64,000 nt of DNA from Phoronis australis. Its lineage: Eukaryota > Animalia > Phoronida. The notes beneath the pieces are model-generated. The model ran no database searches and was not told the origin of the DNA. It saw only the letters and a program-made list of their open reading frames with translations. Below, piece after piece: positions 1 through 12,100 of the stretch (position 1 is its first letter; every line of letters starts with the position of its first letter). The position numbers were made by a program, and so were the translations under genes. The stretch spans positions 181,613-245,612 of the forward strand of contig NMRA01000151.1 of the NCBI GenBank assembly GCA_002633005.1, in the 5' to 3' direction.

Positions 1-85
1 TAATTAATTGCATCAGTCCTGCCAGTGCTCATCCAGGTGCCACTATGCGGGTGCTGGTAGGTCATGTGAGCCTACGTATAGCAAA

Positions 86-1135
86 TATATTTATCTATTT
101 ATTGTAATATTTAAAATAAGGGTGGCACTGCTTTCCAAGAGGGCCCTCGACAGCAAGATATAAAACGGTGAAATAATACAATAAACTAGTGAAACAATAA
201 TCACATACACGTAACAAAGATACAATTAAAACAGGTTGAGAATTCAGATAATAAATAACTGACAAAGAATGATGAAAATTTGATTAAGAGGGACGAAATA
301 AATAAAGATAGGGTACTAAATAGCGAGAGTATTTACAATAATGAAAAATGACATAATTAAGACAGGTAAGGAGTAAGAATGGTTAAGTAAATTACAGCCA
401 CTTTTTAATACTAAGTTTGAAAGTATTAATTAAATCGGAACGTTTAATTTCTGGGCTAAGAGAGTTCCATATTGCAGCAGCAGCATAAATTAAAGATCTT
501 TTGCTAGTCTCGGTTTTAACTTTTTTTGAAGAAACATTACCAGCAATGGAAGAACGTGTAGAGTATATAGCTTGACTGCTACTGAATTTGCGGCTGAGAT
601 ATGCTGGAGCCAAGCCATTGACACACCTGTACATGCAACAGGCAGAGAGATATTTATTTTTTTGTTTTACTTTGAATAAATCCAAGCTTGGAGTATAAGT
701 CGTCAACCTGGGTGTCCCCAATTCTAGTACCCAGGATAGCCCTGGCAGCTCTATGTTGGATTACTTCAACTTTAATAATAAGTGTGTTGCTGGTAAACAA
801 TAATCAATATGAAGCTGAATATTTTAACTGAATGGTAGTGTCTTAAGAGTGCTGACATTACGAAATTTATCTAGACGTTTAAGTATGCCGATTTTCTTTG
901 ATAATTTCTGTGATGTGACCTATGTGCATATTAAATTTAAGATTGGGATCTAAAATAAAGCCCAAGTAATTAAACTTGTCAACACTCTCTATACGAGAAC
1001 CGTTAACAGAAAGGGACAGTTTCTGTTGTTTAAATTTTTGGTGGGTTCCCAACAGCACAGACTTGGATTTACTAGCGTTAAGAGTGAGTGTATTTTGAAC
1101 CAGCCAGTCATGGATAAGGACTAGCTCATCCAGAG
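86..1135 (-). mobile_element. 5'-truncated, decayed non-LTR retrotransposon (CR1/L2-group LINE), RT C-terminus and 3' tail
   Basis: WLVQNTLTLNASKSKSVLLGT...FNYLGFILDPNLKF; PAYLS...KRSLIYAAAAIWNSLSPEIK...FKLSIKKWL; AATAAATAGATAAAT-type tail near 90-105. Confidence 0.88.
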
Positions 1136-1352
1136 GGTCATGTGAAGTGAGGGATAGCAGTATTGCTCTCCCACTATCCTTTTGACGTAATATGCCTGAG
1201 GGATTGGTCCATAATGATGGCAGTTTTCTTATTAGATTGGCATGATGTAATGCCATTGTCTGCTCGCTTTGTTACAATAAGAGGTTTAAGGTTTCCGCAG
1301 TAATTAGTTATATCATGAATAGTGACCTCTTGACATATGAGAGACATTGAAT

Positions 1353-2373
1353 AACAAGAGTAACACGGAGCATTGAAATGTGTCCACAAATGCACCGCTA
1401 ACGGTGTGCCTCTTCACATTAGGAATAGACATGCCAATTTCCACAACCATCCTTAGAGTGGTTTGGTTGACAGAGGGGCAGACGCCAAATAACAAGACTC
1501 GAAAAAAGTAAAAATGGCCACTAGGTGGCACAAAATACCACGAATTCAACCAAAAACAAGAGAACAGCGTCAACTCATAAATAGATACCTATCTGCCAAA
1601 TTTTATGAAAATCCGTTGAGGACCTTTGAAGATAGAGGTAAAATTAAAAAACTAAAATTGCCACAAGGGGGCACACTGGTAGTCAGATTCATCAGAAAGT
1701 CATTAATCATATGTTGTCAAGCTCATATCAATTCACTAAATTTAATTAAAATACTGCAGAGTTTCGGAGAAACAGCCATGGGCGTAAAAACTGCCATTAG
1801 GAGTCAACAGAAAATGATCGTCAGCCGCCTTCTTCACAGTAAAAACATAATTATATGCCAATTTTCAAAATCATCCCTAGAGCTGTTTGGTTGAGAGCTG
1901 GAAGAGGAAGATAAGATTTCAATTTATAAATGAATCCACTGAGATTGTTAAGTTTGTTTGAGATGAGGTTTATGTGTGGGGGTTGATAGCACAGCAGACA
2001 CCGAAAACAGACTCGAAAACACTAAAAAATGGCCACTAGGTGGCACAAAATACCTCGAATCTGTCCGAAAACAAGAGGATGGCAGCATCTCACTAATGGA
2101 TGCCTAACTGCCAAATTTTATGAAAATCTGTTCAGAATCTTCAAAGATACAGAGGTAACTAGATTAAAAAATTAAAATTGTCACTAGGGGACACACCGGT
2201 AGTCGGAGAGGTCTGAAATTGGTCGTCATCTGTTGTCAGCTTCATAGGAGCACATCTGCCAAATGTGATTAAGATCCTGTGAGGGGTTCAGGAGATACAG
2301 CTGCGGACGTTGGACGCCCAGACAAAGGTGACAGAAAAATGCGACCACATGTAAATATGTGGGCACATAAAAA
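1353..2373 (-). mobile_element. HINE/DINE-1-like non-autonomous Helentron, family A copy 1
   Basis: 5' TTTTATGTGCCCACATA palindrome, internal ~150-bp subrepeats, 3' subTIR plus short hairpin plus CTCTTGTT; shared with 7 other copies in the window. Confidence 0.75.
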
Positions 2374-2971
2374 TGATATTCTATGATTAGCTAGCTAATA
2401 TTACCTCATAATGTCATTTTATCATTGTGTTTTAGCCAATCAGATATCAGAAAAATGAGTGGTCGTGTAATAATAAAAATTAATGGCTAGACAATAACAC
2501 TATGTCTTACTCAGCAGACATATTAAGGGTACATGCAGCCCAGCCACTACCTGCACATTTAGGAACTGAAAATGTTTTTACTACAGTATGCACAGTCAAG
2601 TTCAATCACAAAAGACAGCAGGCACCCAGTAATCATTGTAATATATGCTAGTCTTGCACCACACGAGGCCTAATTTATGTATTTGTGTATAATAACTGTA
2701 TATAGATTTCTTTGTATTTATTTAAGCCAGATATAATGCCTCTCGGCACTTTCTGGACAATGTATATTCATTGTACTGAAGATTTCGTACTAAACATATG
2801 GCGTGCACTCGATTGACTTCCCCTGGTTCCGCCAGATCAACCCGGCTAAGGCATCTGATTGGTTCTCAGTGACAACTTCCAGTTTACAGGCCAATCAGAT
2901 GTCTTAGCTGGTTGACCTGGCAGAATCCGCAAAGTCAATCAAATGCAGCCATAAACACGAACATGTCCTAC

Positions 2972-3160
2972 CATCAAGATGAAACAGAGTGGCCAGTTCG
3001 TCTGTGTTAGTGCTGATCCACTGGCGAGCCTTCTGACTTTCCTTGAAGGTGGCGGTCTTGTGCTGTTGTGGCTGCACCTCCCGCACACTCGGCTTATGGA
3101 AGCCCCGTGGCTTCACTGGTGCATTCAAGTCTGAGCACAGCATCATCATATCCTCCAGAC
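2972..3160 (-). CDS. SYNRG: SYNRG exon 7 (GLEDMMMLCSDLNAP...LATLFHLD)
   Basis: ttccctag| ... G|gtagga; phase 1 in, phase 1 out; lies in ORF 2904..3203. Confidence 0.8.
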
Positions 3161-6100
3161 CTAGGGAACAATGAGAACCTTGACTTTGGTTGCTAGGCCA
3201 CAATGAGGTACTCTTACTAAGTTATGAAGGCACTTTTCCTATGAAAAGTCTCTCACACAATCCATCCAAACAATCATATAACAAGAATGACACAAAGTGT
3301 TGAAATTCACCCACAAATGCACCACAAATGGTGAGCTTCATGGGCTGTTTATTTGTATCATAAAAATGGTCACTAGGTGGCGTATAATACATCGAATCCA
3401 TCCGGAAACTAGCATGTTATTAAAGCTACTTACCAAATTTCATAAAAAGTCTGTCAAAGAACTTCTGAGAAACCGAGGAAAACACAAAAAATTGCCACTA
3501 GGAGGCTATGGGCGCAAAAAACCATAGCTGCCACAACGAGGCGCTACAGTAGATGAAGTCGTAAAATCATCGTCAATCACCCTCTTCACACGAAGAACAT
3601 ATATACCAATTTTCACAATCATCCTTGGGGTGATTTGGTTGATAGAGGGGTGGATGCCAAAAGCAGACTAGAAAACAGTAAAAATGGCCAACAGATGGTG
3701 GAAAATATGTTGAATCTATCCAAAAACAGGAACATGTCATCCTTTCAATAGAAAGCTATTTACCAAATTTCATAAAAATCTGTCAAGCAGGTTCTAATAA
3801 ACGGAGGCAAACGGAAAAAAAAATTGCCACTAGGACGCACAGTGTTTGTCAGATCTGTTTGAAAGTCGTTGTCGTTTGTTGTCAACTTCATATAAATACA
3901 TTTGCTAAATTTAATAAAGATCCTTTTGAGGGTTTAGGCGGTACAGTCATGGTGAAGTAGAGTGGATTCCAGTGGAGGCCAGTGGAGGCCAGTGGAGACC
4001 AGTGGAGGCCAGTGGAGGCCAGTGGATGCCCGTGGAGGCCAGTGGAAGCTAGTCGAGGCCAGTGGAAGCTAGTCGAGGCCAGTGGAGGCAAATAGAGGCC
4101 ATTGGAGGCNNNNNNNNNNNNNNNNNNNNNNNNNNNNNNNNNNNNNNNNNNNNNNNNCCAGTGGAGGCCAGTGGAGGCCAGTGGAGTCCAGTGGAGGCCA
4201 GAGGAGGCCAGTGGAGGCTAGTTGAGGCCAGTGGATGCCAGTGGAGGCCGATGGAGGCCAGTGAAGTAGAGTGGAGGCCAGTGAAGTAGAGTGGATTCCA
4301 GTGGAGGCGCCAAGGTAGTCAAGATCGTCAAAAAATCATCCTCAGTCGTCCTCTTCACTTTAAGAATATACATGCCAATTTCCACATCATCCTTACAGCA
4401 GTTTGGTTGACAGAGAGGCAGATGCCTAAAACTGTAAAAATGGCCAATAGGTGGTGCAAAATGTCTAAAATTACAGGTAATTGGAAAACTGAAACATAGC
4501 GTCATCTCACCAACAGATGCCTATCTGGCAAATTTTATGAAAATCTGTTGAGGACCTTTGAAGATACAGAGATAAACGTAAAAAACCAAAATCGCCACTA
4601 GGGTACACAGCGGTAGTCCAATTCTTCCAAAAGTCATCATCGTCCGTTGTCATATAAATGCACTTCCAAAATTTAATAAAGATCCTGTACAACATTTAGG
4701 AGATATAGCCATGGGCGCACAAACAAACCAAACTGCGATGAGGAGGCGCCACAGTAGTCAAAGTCATTGAAAAATCATCGTCAGCTGCCCTCTTCACAGT
4801 AAGAACATAAATACATGCCAATTTTCAAAATCATCCCAAGAGCGGTTTAGTTGATACAGGAGCAGATGCTAAAAATGAACTCGAAAACAGTAAAATGGCC
4901 ACTAGGTGGCGCAAAGTACCTCCAATCTCCCAAAAATGGAAGAAGAACGTCATCTCACGAATAGATGCCTAACTGCCAAATTTTATGAAAATCTGTCAAG
5001 GACCTCCAAATATACAGAGGTAAACGCAAAAAACTAAAATTGCCACAAGGGGGCACACTGGTAGTTGGAGACGTCCGAAATTTGTCATCCGTCGTCAACT
5101 TCATAGGAACCCATCTGCCAAATTTCATCAAGATCCTGCGAGGGGTTTAGGCAATACAGCTGTGGATGTGAGATGCGAAGAAAGAGATGACAGCAATATG
5201 CACCCACATTAAAATATGCGGGCACATAAAAATGGCCACTAGATGGCACAGGATACGTAGAAACTATCCAGAAGTGGGAAAATTATTTAACATGTTTCAT
5301 GAAAATCCATTTCAGGAATTCCATCGAAATGCAGTCGTCATCTGCCTGAAATTTGTAGGAATAAACTTGCCAAATTTTACAAAGATCCTTCAGGGGTTTA
5401 GGAGATACAAAAAATGCCAACAAAAGATGCCAAAGTAATCCCCACTTGTCCGAAGTAAGATCACATTAGCTGATTTTTATAATGACCTTACCAATAGGTG
5501 GCGCAGAGCATGCCAAATCAGTCTGAAAATGATTTTTAAGGTGATATATATTTATTGAAGAATACACAAAACATACAAAGAAATAATGACAAAATCAGAA
5601 ATCGCGAAGCATTTTATCTGGGTTGTAGACAATTCAATAATGAAACTAATATACATAGAGGTATATACATTTAAGTAGTATCTAGTATAAGTATTCCAAT
5701 ATTTAGATACGCTATTACGAACATACAAAAACAAAAAAGTACAGATACATGTATGGAAATCAGAAGCAACAATTTTATAAGCGATACATAAAAATTTGCT
5801 AACGTTGCTTAAGAGGAATTCATTGAGACCAAGGTCAAAGCTGGGACTAACACTCAATAATAATGTAACTTTAGTAGGGATATTATTACAAGAATTGAGA
5901 GCTTTTACAATTGATTGGTTTTCATTGAGTGCACGAAAGTGTGAGTCTCTCAGATATTCGATGAGGGGACATTTGAAGAAAACATGAGGATAAGATTGAT
6001 GGTCACCACAATTACAGTTTGGAGAGACATTACCAAAGTTGTGCCTAAACTTGTCGGAGTTGAGGAAAAGACCGCATCTTGATCTATACAATGCTATTTC

Positions 6101-9100
6101 GTTAGGGCGGGGAAGGGAGGATTGAGTCAAGGGTGTTGAGTTATCAAAATTATGAAAAACAGTTCTGAAATTATTTTTTGTACTCATAAAAGAGTTGCTT
6201 TCCTTAACAGAGACTGGAAGAGAATTCCAGTTGCTGATGCACGTCATAACTGTAGACCTTTTGAGTGCCTGACTGAACGACGAAGGAATTGCATATGGGG
6301 TGGAGGATCTCAAACCACTACGATGGCCTTGTCTAGTGTATAGATCAAATATTTTTTGACAGAGGCATTGTTAACGTTGTTTATTACTTTAAAAGTAAAT
6401 GTGGTCATGTGAAGGTTGAAAATGATAAAGCATTACTTTCTTTCCAATAGAAACCTACTTGCTAAATCTATCAAGGAATTCTTAAGATAGAGGCAAACGT
6501 GAAAACCTAAATTGCCACTAAGGGGGCACAATGGTAATCATATTGACACAAAATTCCATCATCATCTGTTTTCAGCTTCATAAGAACACATCTGCCAGAT
6601 CTCATTAAGATCCTACGATGGGTTTATAAGATACAGCAGAGGATGTCGGACGTCCAGACAAAGATGATGGCAGTACGCGCCCACATCTGTATATGTGGTC
6701 GCAAATTTTAATTACTAAGCCAATTTTCACACTGCTAATCTTGATAAGTTTCTTCTCAAGTCTAAGGCCACTCAACCTATTAGGTGTTCAAGGTTAAAGG
6801 AAAAAGGCGTTATTGATGATATTTTCACATACAGTATCAATAACGGCCATAAGAGCGCGTAACTGCATAAACTCAATTCAACCCATACGAAAATGAGCAC
6901 CACGCCAGGATAGTTTATTTGATTTAAATGTTAAATTTTCCTGAAGTACGTTCCAAAACAGTCCCACTTAAGCCTTGACGTGGAGAAGCTAGGAACAAGG
7001 AATTGACATTGCTTACGAAAACTCCGAAGCGCTTTAAATTGAAGAAGCCCAGCATAAGACCTAACATCCAAACTAACCTTTGTTGTCATCCATTTTGCTC
7101 GGTCCATCAAGTTGGGTGGAGCTAGGCTGGGCATCCGAGGGTGTGGTCTGGCTGTCCGTATGAGCGGCACCGAGCGATGCTCCCATATTACTAGCTGCAC
7201 CACTAGGAGCAGAAGGGGTGGTGGCAGGGGCTTGGAGAAAGTCGCCAAAGCCGTCATTCTGAGGCAACTGTGGAGCTGGTGGATTACCAATACTAATGAT
7301 CATCTCAATAGGTCAACAGACAAAGCTTAGAGTCATAAAAATGATTTAGGCAAGGATGAGGAGTCTGAAGTACAAGTTATAAACCAATCACGCAAAACAT
7401 GTCTTTTGTGATTTCATAACAAGATACACAACGATGTCCATTCCCAAGCACAAGAATCAGAAAGTAGAAAAGAACAGCCAAAAAACCATAACTTCTTCAA
7501 GTACAATTAGAAGGTAACATCATGATTGAAAGAAAAAAACTGCCATCAATTTGACATGAATGGACAGCCTTTCTAAAACTGGGCTGTGTCAGGGCAGTCA
7601 CAGTGTATCTCTCAACTTCTCTCGATAGTGGAATCCTAAAACAATTTTAAGGTACTTTAAGTGTTAAGCGTTATTTTATGAGGAAGAAAACACGCTTTCC
7701 AACAGACAACTAATGGAAATACATGATCAAATTTAATTATGAGAATGGTTTTGGAGTTGCTTTTCGTTTTTCCGCTAAATTACACCAAAGCTTCATTTTA
7801 CCGATAACTTGCTGAAAGTCATATTTATTGTTTGTCAAAACAAGAAATACAGCGCCACCTTAACACAGAATGAGCAACCACCTGTCTACCACTTGGCCAA
7901 AATGATCGTTAGTTGATTTGTGGTCAAAATTCAAATAGTTGTATCAGCTACTGAGGTACATAAATTCCATTTGAATCTCCAACTCTGTCCAGACATTCAA
8001 AAGCTTGTTGATAACTGACTTGCTACTTATGAAGACCCAATGATCCTCTACAATTATCAACAGACATTTTCATCTTACGATTATATTTCTGAGCTATATA
8101 TTGAAGAATCACTGCGACCCGGAACATAACATAATTTAAACAATAATCATGATAACCAGTTTGTTTTCATTACCTGGTGCTGGCTTAGGCTTTGACGATT
8201 CTGATTTCCCAAACATTGAGTCCAAGAGTACATTGGCATCTAGACTCTTACCGCCCCCTTTTGTCACTTCTTTCAGTTTCTGCTGCTGCAGCTGGAACTG
8301 GCGCTTCTTCTCGTACTCCCGCCTTTGATCCTCTGCAGCTTTTCTGTAGATATTCAAATTACCATAAGAAACAGTTTCAATAACTTTCTGAATGTACACA
8401 GCTGTACTAAAACAGCCAATCCAAAATAAGCAGCACGACTGCACACTTCGCAGTAGTCGAATCAAAACTGGTATCCTATCACCTAATATTCTCAGGGTTC
8501 AGGGATATACTTAGCCACTCACCCAGTCGCCAATGCGAGTAAAAATGGTGCTGGGCGAGTAGAAGTTTACTTGCTGGTTGCCCAGGTGGCAAGTGAATTT
8601 TCAGAGTGCAAAAGCACTCTACCGTTTCCCAAATGAAAATGAATAAATTTTCTCCTCCCTGTGCTGTTTTTATCATGAATTTAAAGTTAAGTTTGGTCCG
8701 CGTGTCAATGCTCCAGAAGTAATAAACATCGGCACCATGCACTCCTACTGAGTCAGTAGATGTTAACTGTTATGCGATTTGTCTAGACAAAAGGTCATAG
8801 TGAGCGCAATGTGTGGTGGGTCCTGCACAAAGGTGGACCAGTCCAAAACGAAGAAAAAGGGGGAAAGGCGGAAAACCGGTTCATGTGCTCACAGCAAGGG
8901 AAATACCATACTTCTTGGAACTGACTTCTTATTGTAGAGTGTAAGATTATTTTATAAATAACAACACTGAAAAACCATATGAATTAAAATGGTTGTCCTT
9001 GTTATCGTTGTTAACAAAATAAAGTATCAGGATTTTTAGCTAGATTGATCATACATGTATAGAGTCTATTTGGTGCGGCCATGACATTTCCAGGTACAAA

Positions 9101-12100
9101 GGCTTTTCCGTATTTTGGTCCAGCCATATGGTTTACCAGTACAGCACAGCATTTCTCGGTGTGTCCACTCGCATGACAATGAGTATTGTTCCACTCCCTA
9201 GAAAACTGTTGTAGTACGCACGAGGCAGAATTGTGATATGCACGTTGACTTGTGCACAACTGGTGCACATGCTATCATCGTGGCTGTTCTCATTTTCATT
9301 TTCATTCGTCAAGCATAACAATGTGGCATTTTTAGAGGGAATCAACCCTCCTTCTAAGCAAACCGCGGCGAAAAAAAGAAAATATCACACAGGTTATGAG
9401 GAAAACAACAGAAAGTGAGATTTTGAATCTGATCGGCAAAACGGGCAAACTTAATTAAAACGTAGTTACTGTGTTGGATGACGTATCATCTTGTATAGCC
9501 AGCCAGCTAGCTGTAGCAAGACTATTGTCAAAATAAAGTTAGGTACCACTGTGTTGAGCTCCAACAGTCCTCCAAATTGTACACAGCCCGGTTAGTTCTG
9601 CTCGTCACCTCGCCATTAAACTAGTATCAACATGTATTGTTAAAGACCAGCGGGGAGTGCATGCAAAATCTAGGAGTCAACCGCCACTGAACTTGCTTGT
9701 TACAGCCATTTAAACGAAGAACAATCAAATAAACATCATTTTCTTGGGTCATTCTCCACCTTTTGTAACAAAGAGAAGAAGGTCGTCATTTTGAAAACAG
9801 TACGCTCGTGACACGCACACACGCCATTTCCTAAAGTTTCACGACATCTTTCGAGAGAAGATGACAGCAAACTTTGTTCTGAAATTTGGTTTGCTGGTAT
9901 TAAAATATTAACAACTTAAAATGAAGTGAATTGCGATGACTTGACTACATCAAGTTGTTTAACTATTGTTAGACCAAAATAATCTCAACCAGACACTAAT
10001 TATTACCTTTGTTTCTGCTGATTAGCCTGAAAGTTGTGAGCCATCTGCGGTGTGTATGCGGGCGGGGCTACAAACTGCTGCTGCTGATTGAGAGGCAATC
10101 TCACCATACCAGTCTATAAGAAAAGAAAGGGCAACAATCAACAACAATGAACATAATCTATGGACAGTACACTACAAGCCATAAGCATTCAGACATAATG
10201 ACATGATAACAGATGGGTGGAAGGTGAATTCATTGTTAGAGTAGACGTCCTTTATGACCATGAATGAAGGACAATTAACAGGAAGGTTGGTGCAGTAGCC
10301 GAGTCATTCTCTTAGAGTTTTGCCTCCCTATTAGTTACAACATGTCATTTGTGCTGTTAACAGAATTAGGCGTCATCACAGGAAAACGGGGTTTTGTCCT
10401 ATTACTTTTGTTTTGTTGTGTATGTAAGTTGAAATCTCCTGTCCGCATTGCATGGGATTTGTAGATGACACAGAATGCCAGTCCACCAAAGATCCGATTG
10501 CCATCCGGCGAGCTAGTGAATTTCAATAACGCGCAGCTATTTCGAAAGTCACCTACTTCATTGTAAACATGGGTCCTGTTAAAACTTGATAGATTTTGTT
10601 TATAGATGTCTAAATATTACCAAAATATGATTTCTTGATCATACAAGAACTGCAGCAATATTTAACTTAATTTCAAGAGATGACAAATGCACATCCACGG
10701 GTACCTAACACAGGTGCACGGGTTTAAATCTGCTACGATACGTTCGGTTATTTACCAAAGGGCATACAATTGTACATATTAAATTTCTTTTCACTAGCTG
10801 GAGATATTCGTAAAAGGAATCAGCTTAAGGTTATCTCAAACCTTATTTAGTGGCCTCCATTCTAACACCTATACCTGAAAAGCTATGCTTTGTCAACAAG
10901 TAAAAGTAATATATTTTCTGAAAAAAAGATCAGGGAATATAAAAATATGCCTACGTATATTCATGTGTCATTATTATTATTATGTTAACACCTTTTTTAA
11001 GTGAAAAAAGGTACATTCATGGAAAAAACCTTGATCAATTTTAATGAAACCTTTTTTGTATGAAAACTTCACCAGTTACCTCAAAACTGCTATTTAGAAT
11101 TTTCGATTAGCTGTTTTGTTTGACTTCTAAGAAAAATCAACACACAAAACGTAATATATTTTTGTAAAAAATAGAAGCTATATTCGTCCTTCTTACATTA
11201 CACAAAAATGATGCCTTTATATCGAAAATCCAAACAGTTTTTCAAGATTGGTGAATAAAAATTAACTTTTGAAAGTTTCAGTGAAATCCACCGAGCTGCT
11301 TTAGAGAGCTCATGTTCCTATGATCAAATTAAGTTGATCTGCCGAAGCTGATGATAAGCAGATTATGTGGCAAGACGTGAAAATCTCAAGGATTTCAATT
11401 AATTATTCGGTGAAAATTTATTTTTGGGCAATATAACCAATAAACCCCTTAGCTACGTTCATTATTTCAACATTCACGTGCAATGTCACCTGAATTTGCA
11501 AGGCGTAATTAACTTAATTATCACAAAAACAAGGTGATCTGGTCATGGGCAAAGCCAGCATATTAAGTGGGTCAAGCTGATGCATCCTGGTCTACTTTAA
11601 AGTAGGTTTACAGTTCATTGTCAGACGCACCAAGCGCTTGGGAGACCGATAAGAAAACCAAGTATGAAATGGATACAGAAATTGGGTGGGTGGTTAAAGC
11701 AAGTCATGAACATGAGATCGAAACTGTTACAATGAAATGTCAAATTACCTGAATTAAGGAATTTGGGTCAGGATTTATTTCTTTTCACAACTTGCTGTGT
11801 TCGTGAACACAAAGTCACAGAGGCGTGATGCAACTCGTAGCACTCCTTCTCAACAGTCGTATGCATGCAGAGTCGCAGACACACAACTATCCCACGATCA
11901 AAGCTACGTTTTGTCTTCGTTTTCCCCGGCATCTTTCTATCATACATACACGTCGTTGACACAATATTATGGCAACTTGGTGAATGACAGGACTGAGGGT
12001 ACACATGAAGTTGCTCTGTGCCTGGCGGGAGATTCGATCTGAGTGACAGCCCCGTAACCTTTGACCTCGAATAAGTAGTAAACAAATTTCCACGCAGTCG

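Noticed and set aside
3888-4289. ORFs with PLASTGLHW / EASGGQW repeats
   Set aside because: Translations of the 10-bp minisatellite.
1313-5438. Multiple short ORFs (e.g. 1514..1894, 3297..3527, 5187..5438; also 27020..28264 and 52221..53001) with similar MATRW/LPLGG peptides
   Set aside because: They are translations of the non-coding HINE subrepeats, and frames are not preserved between copies.
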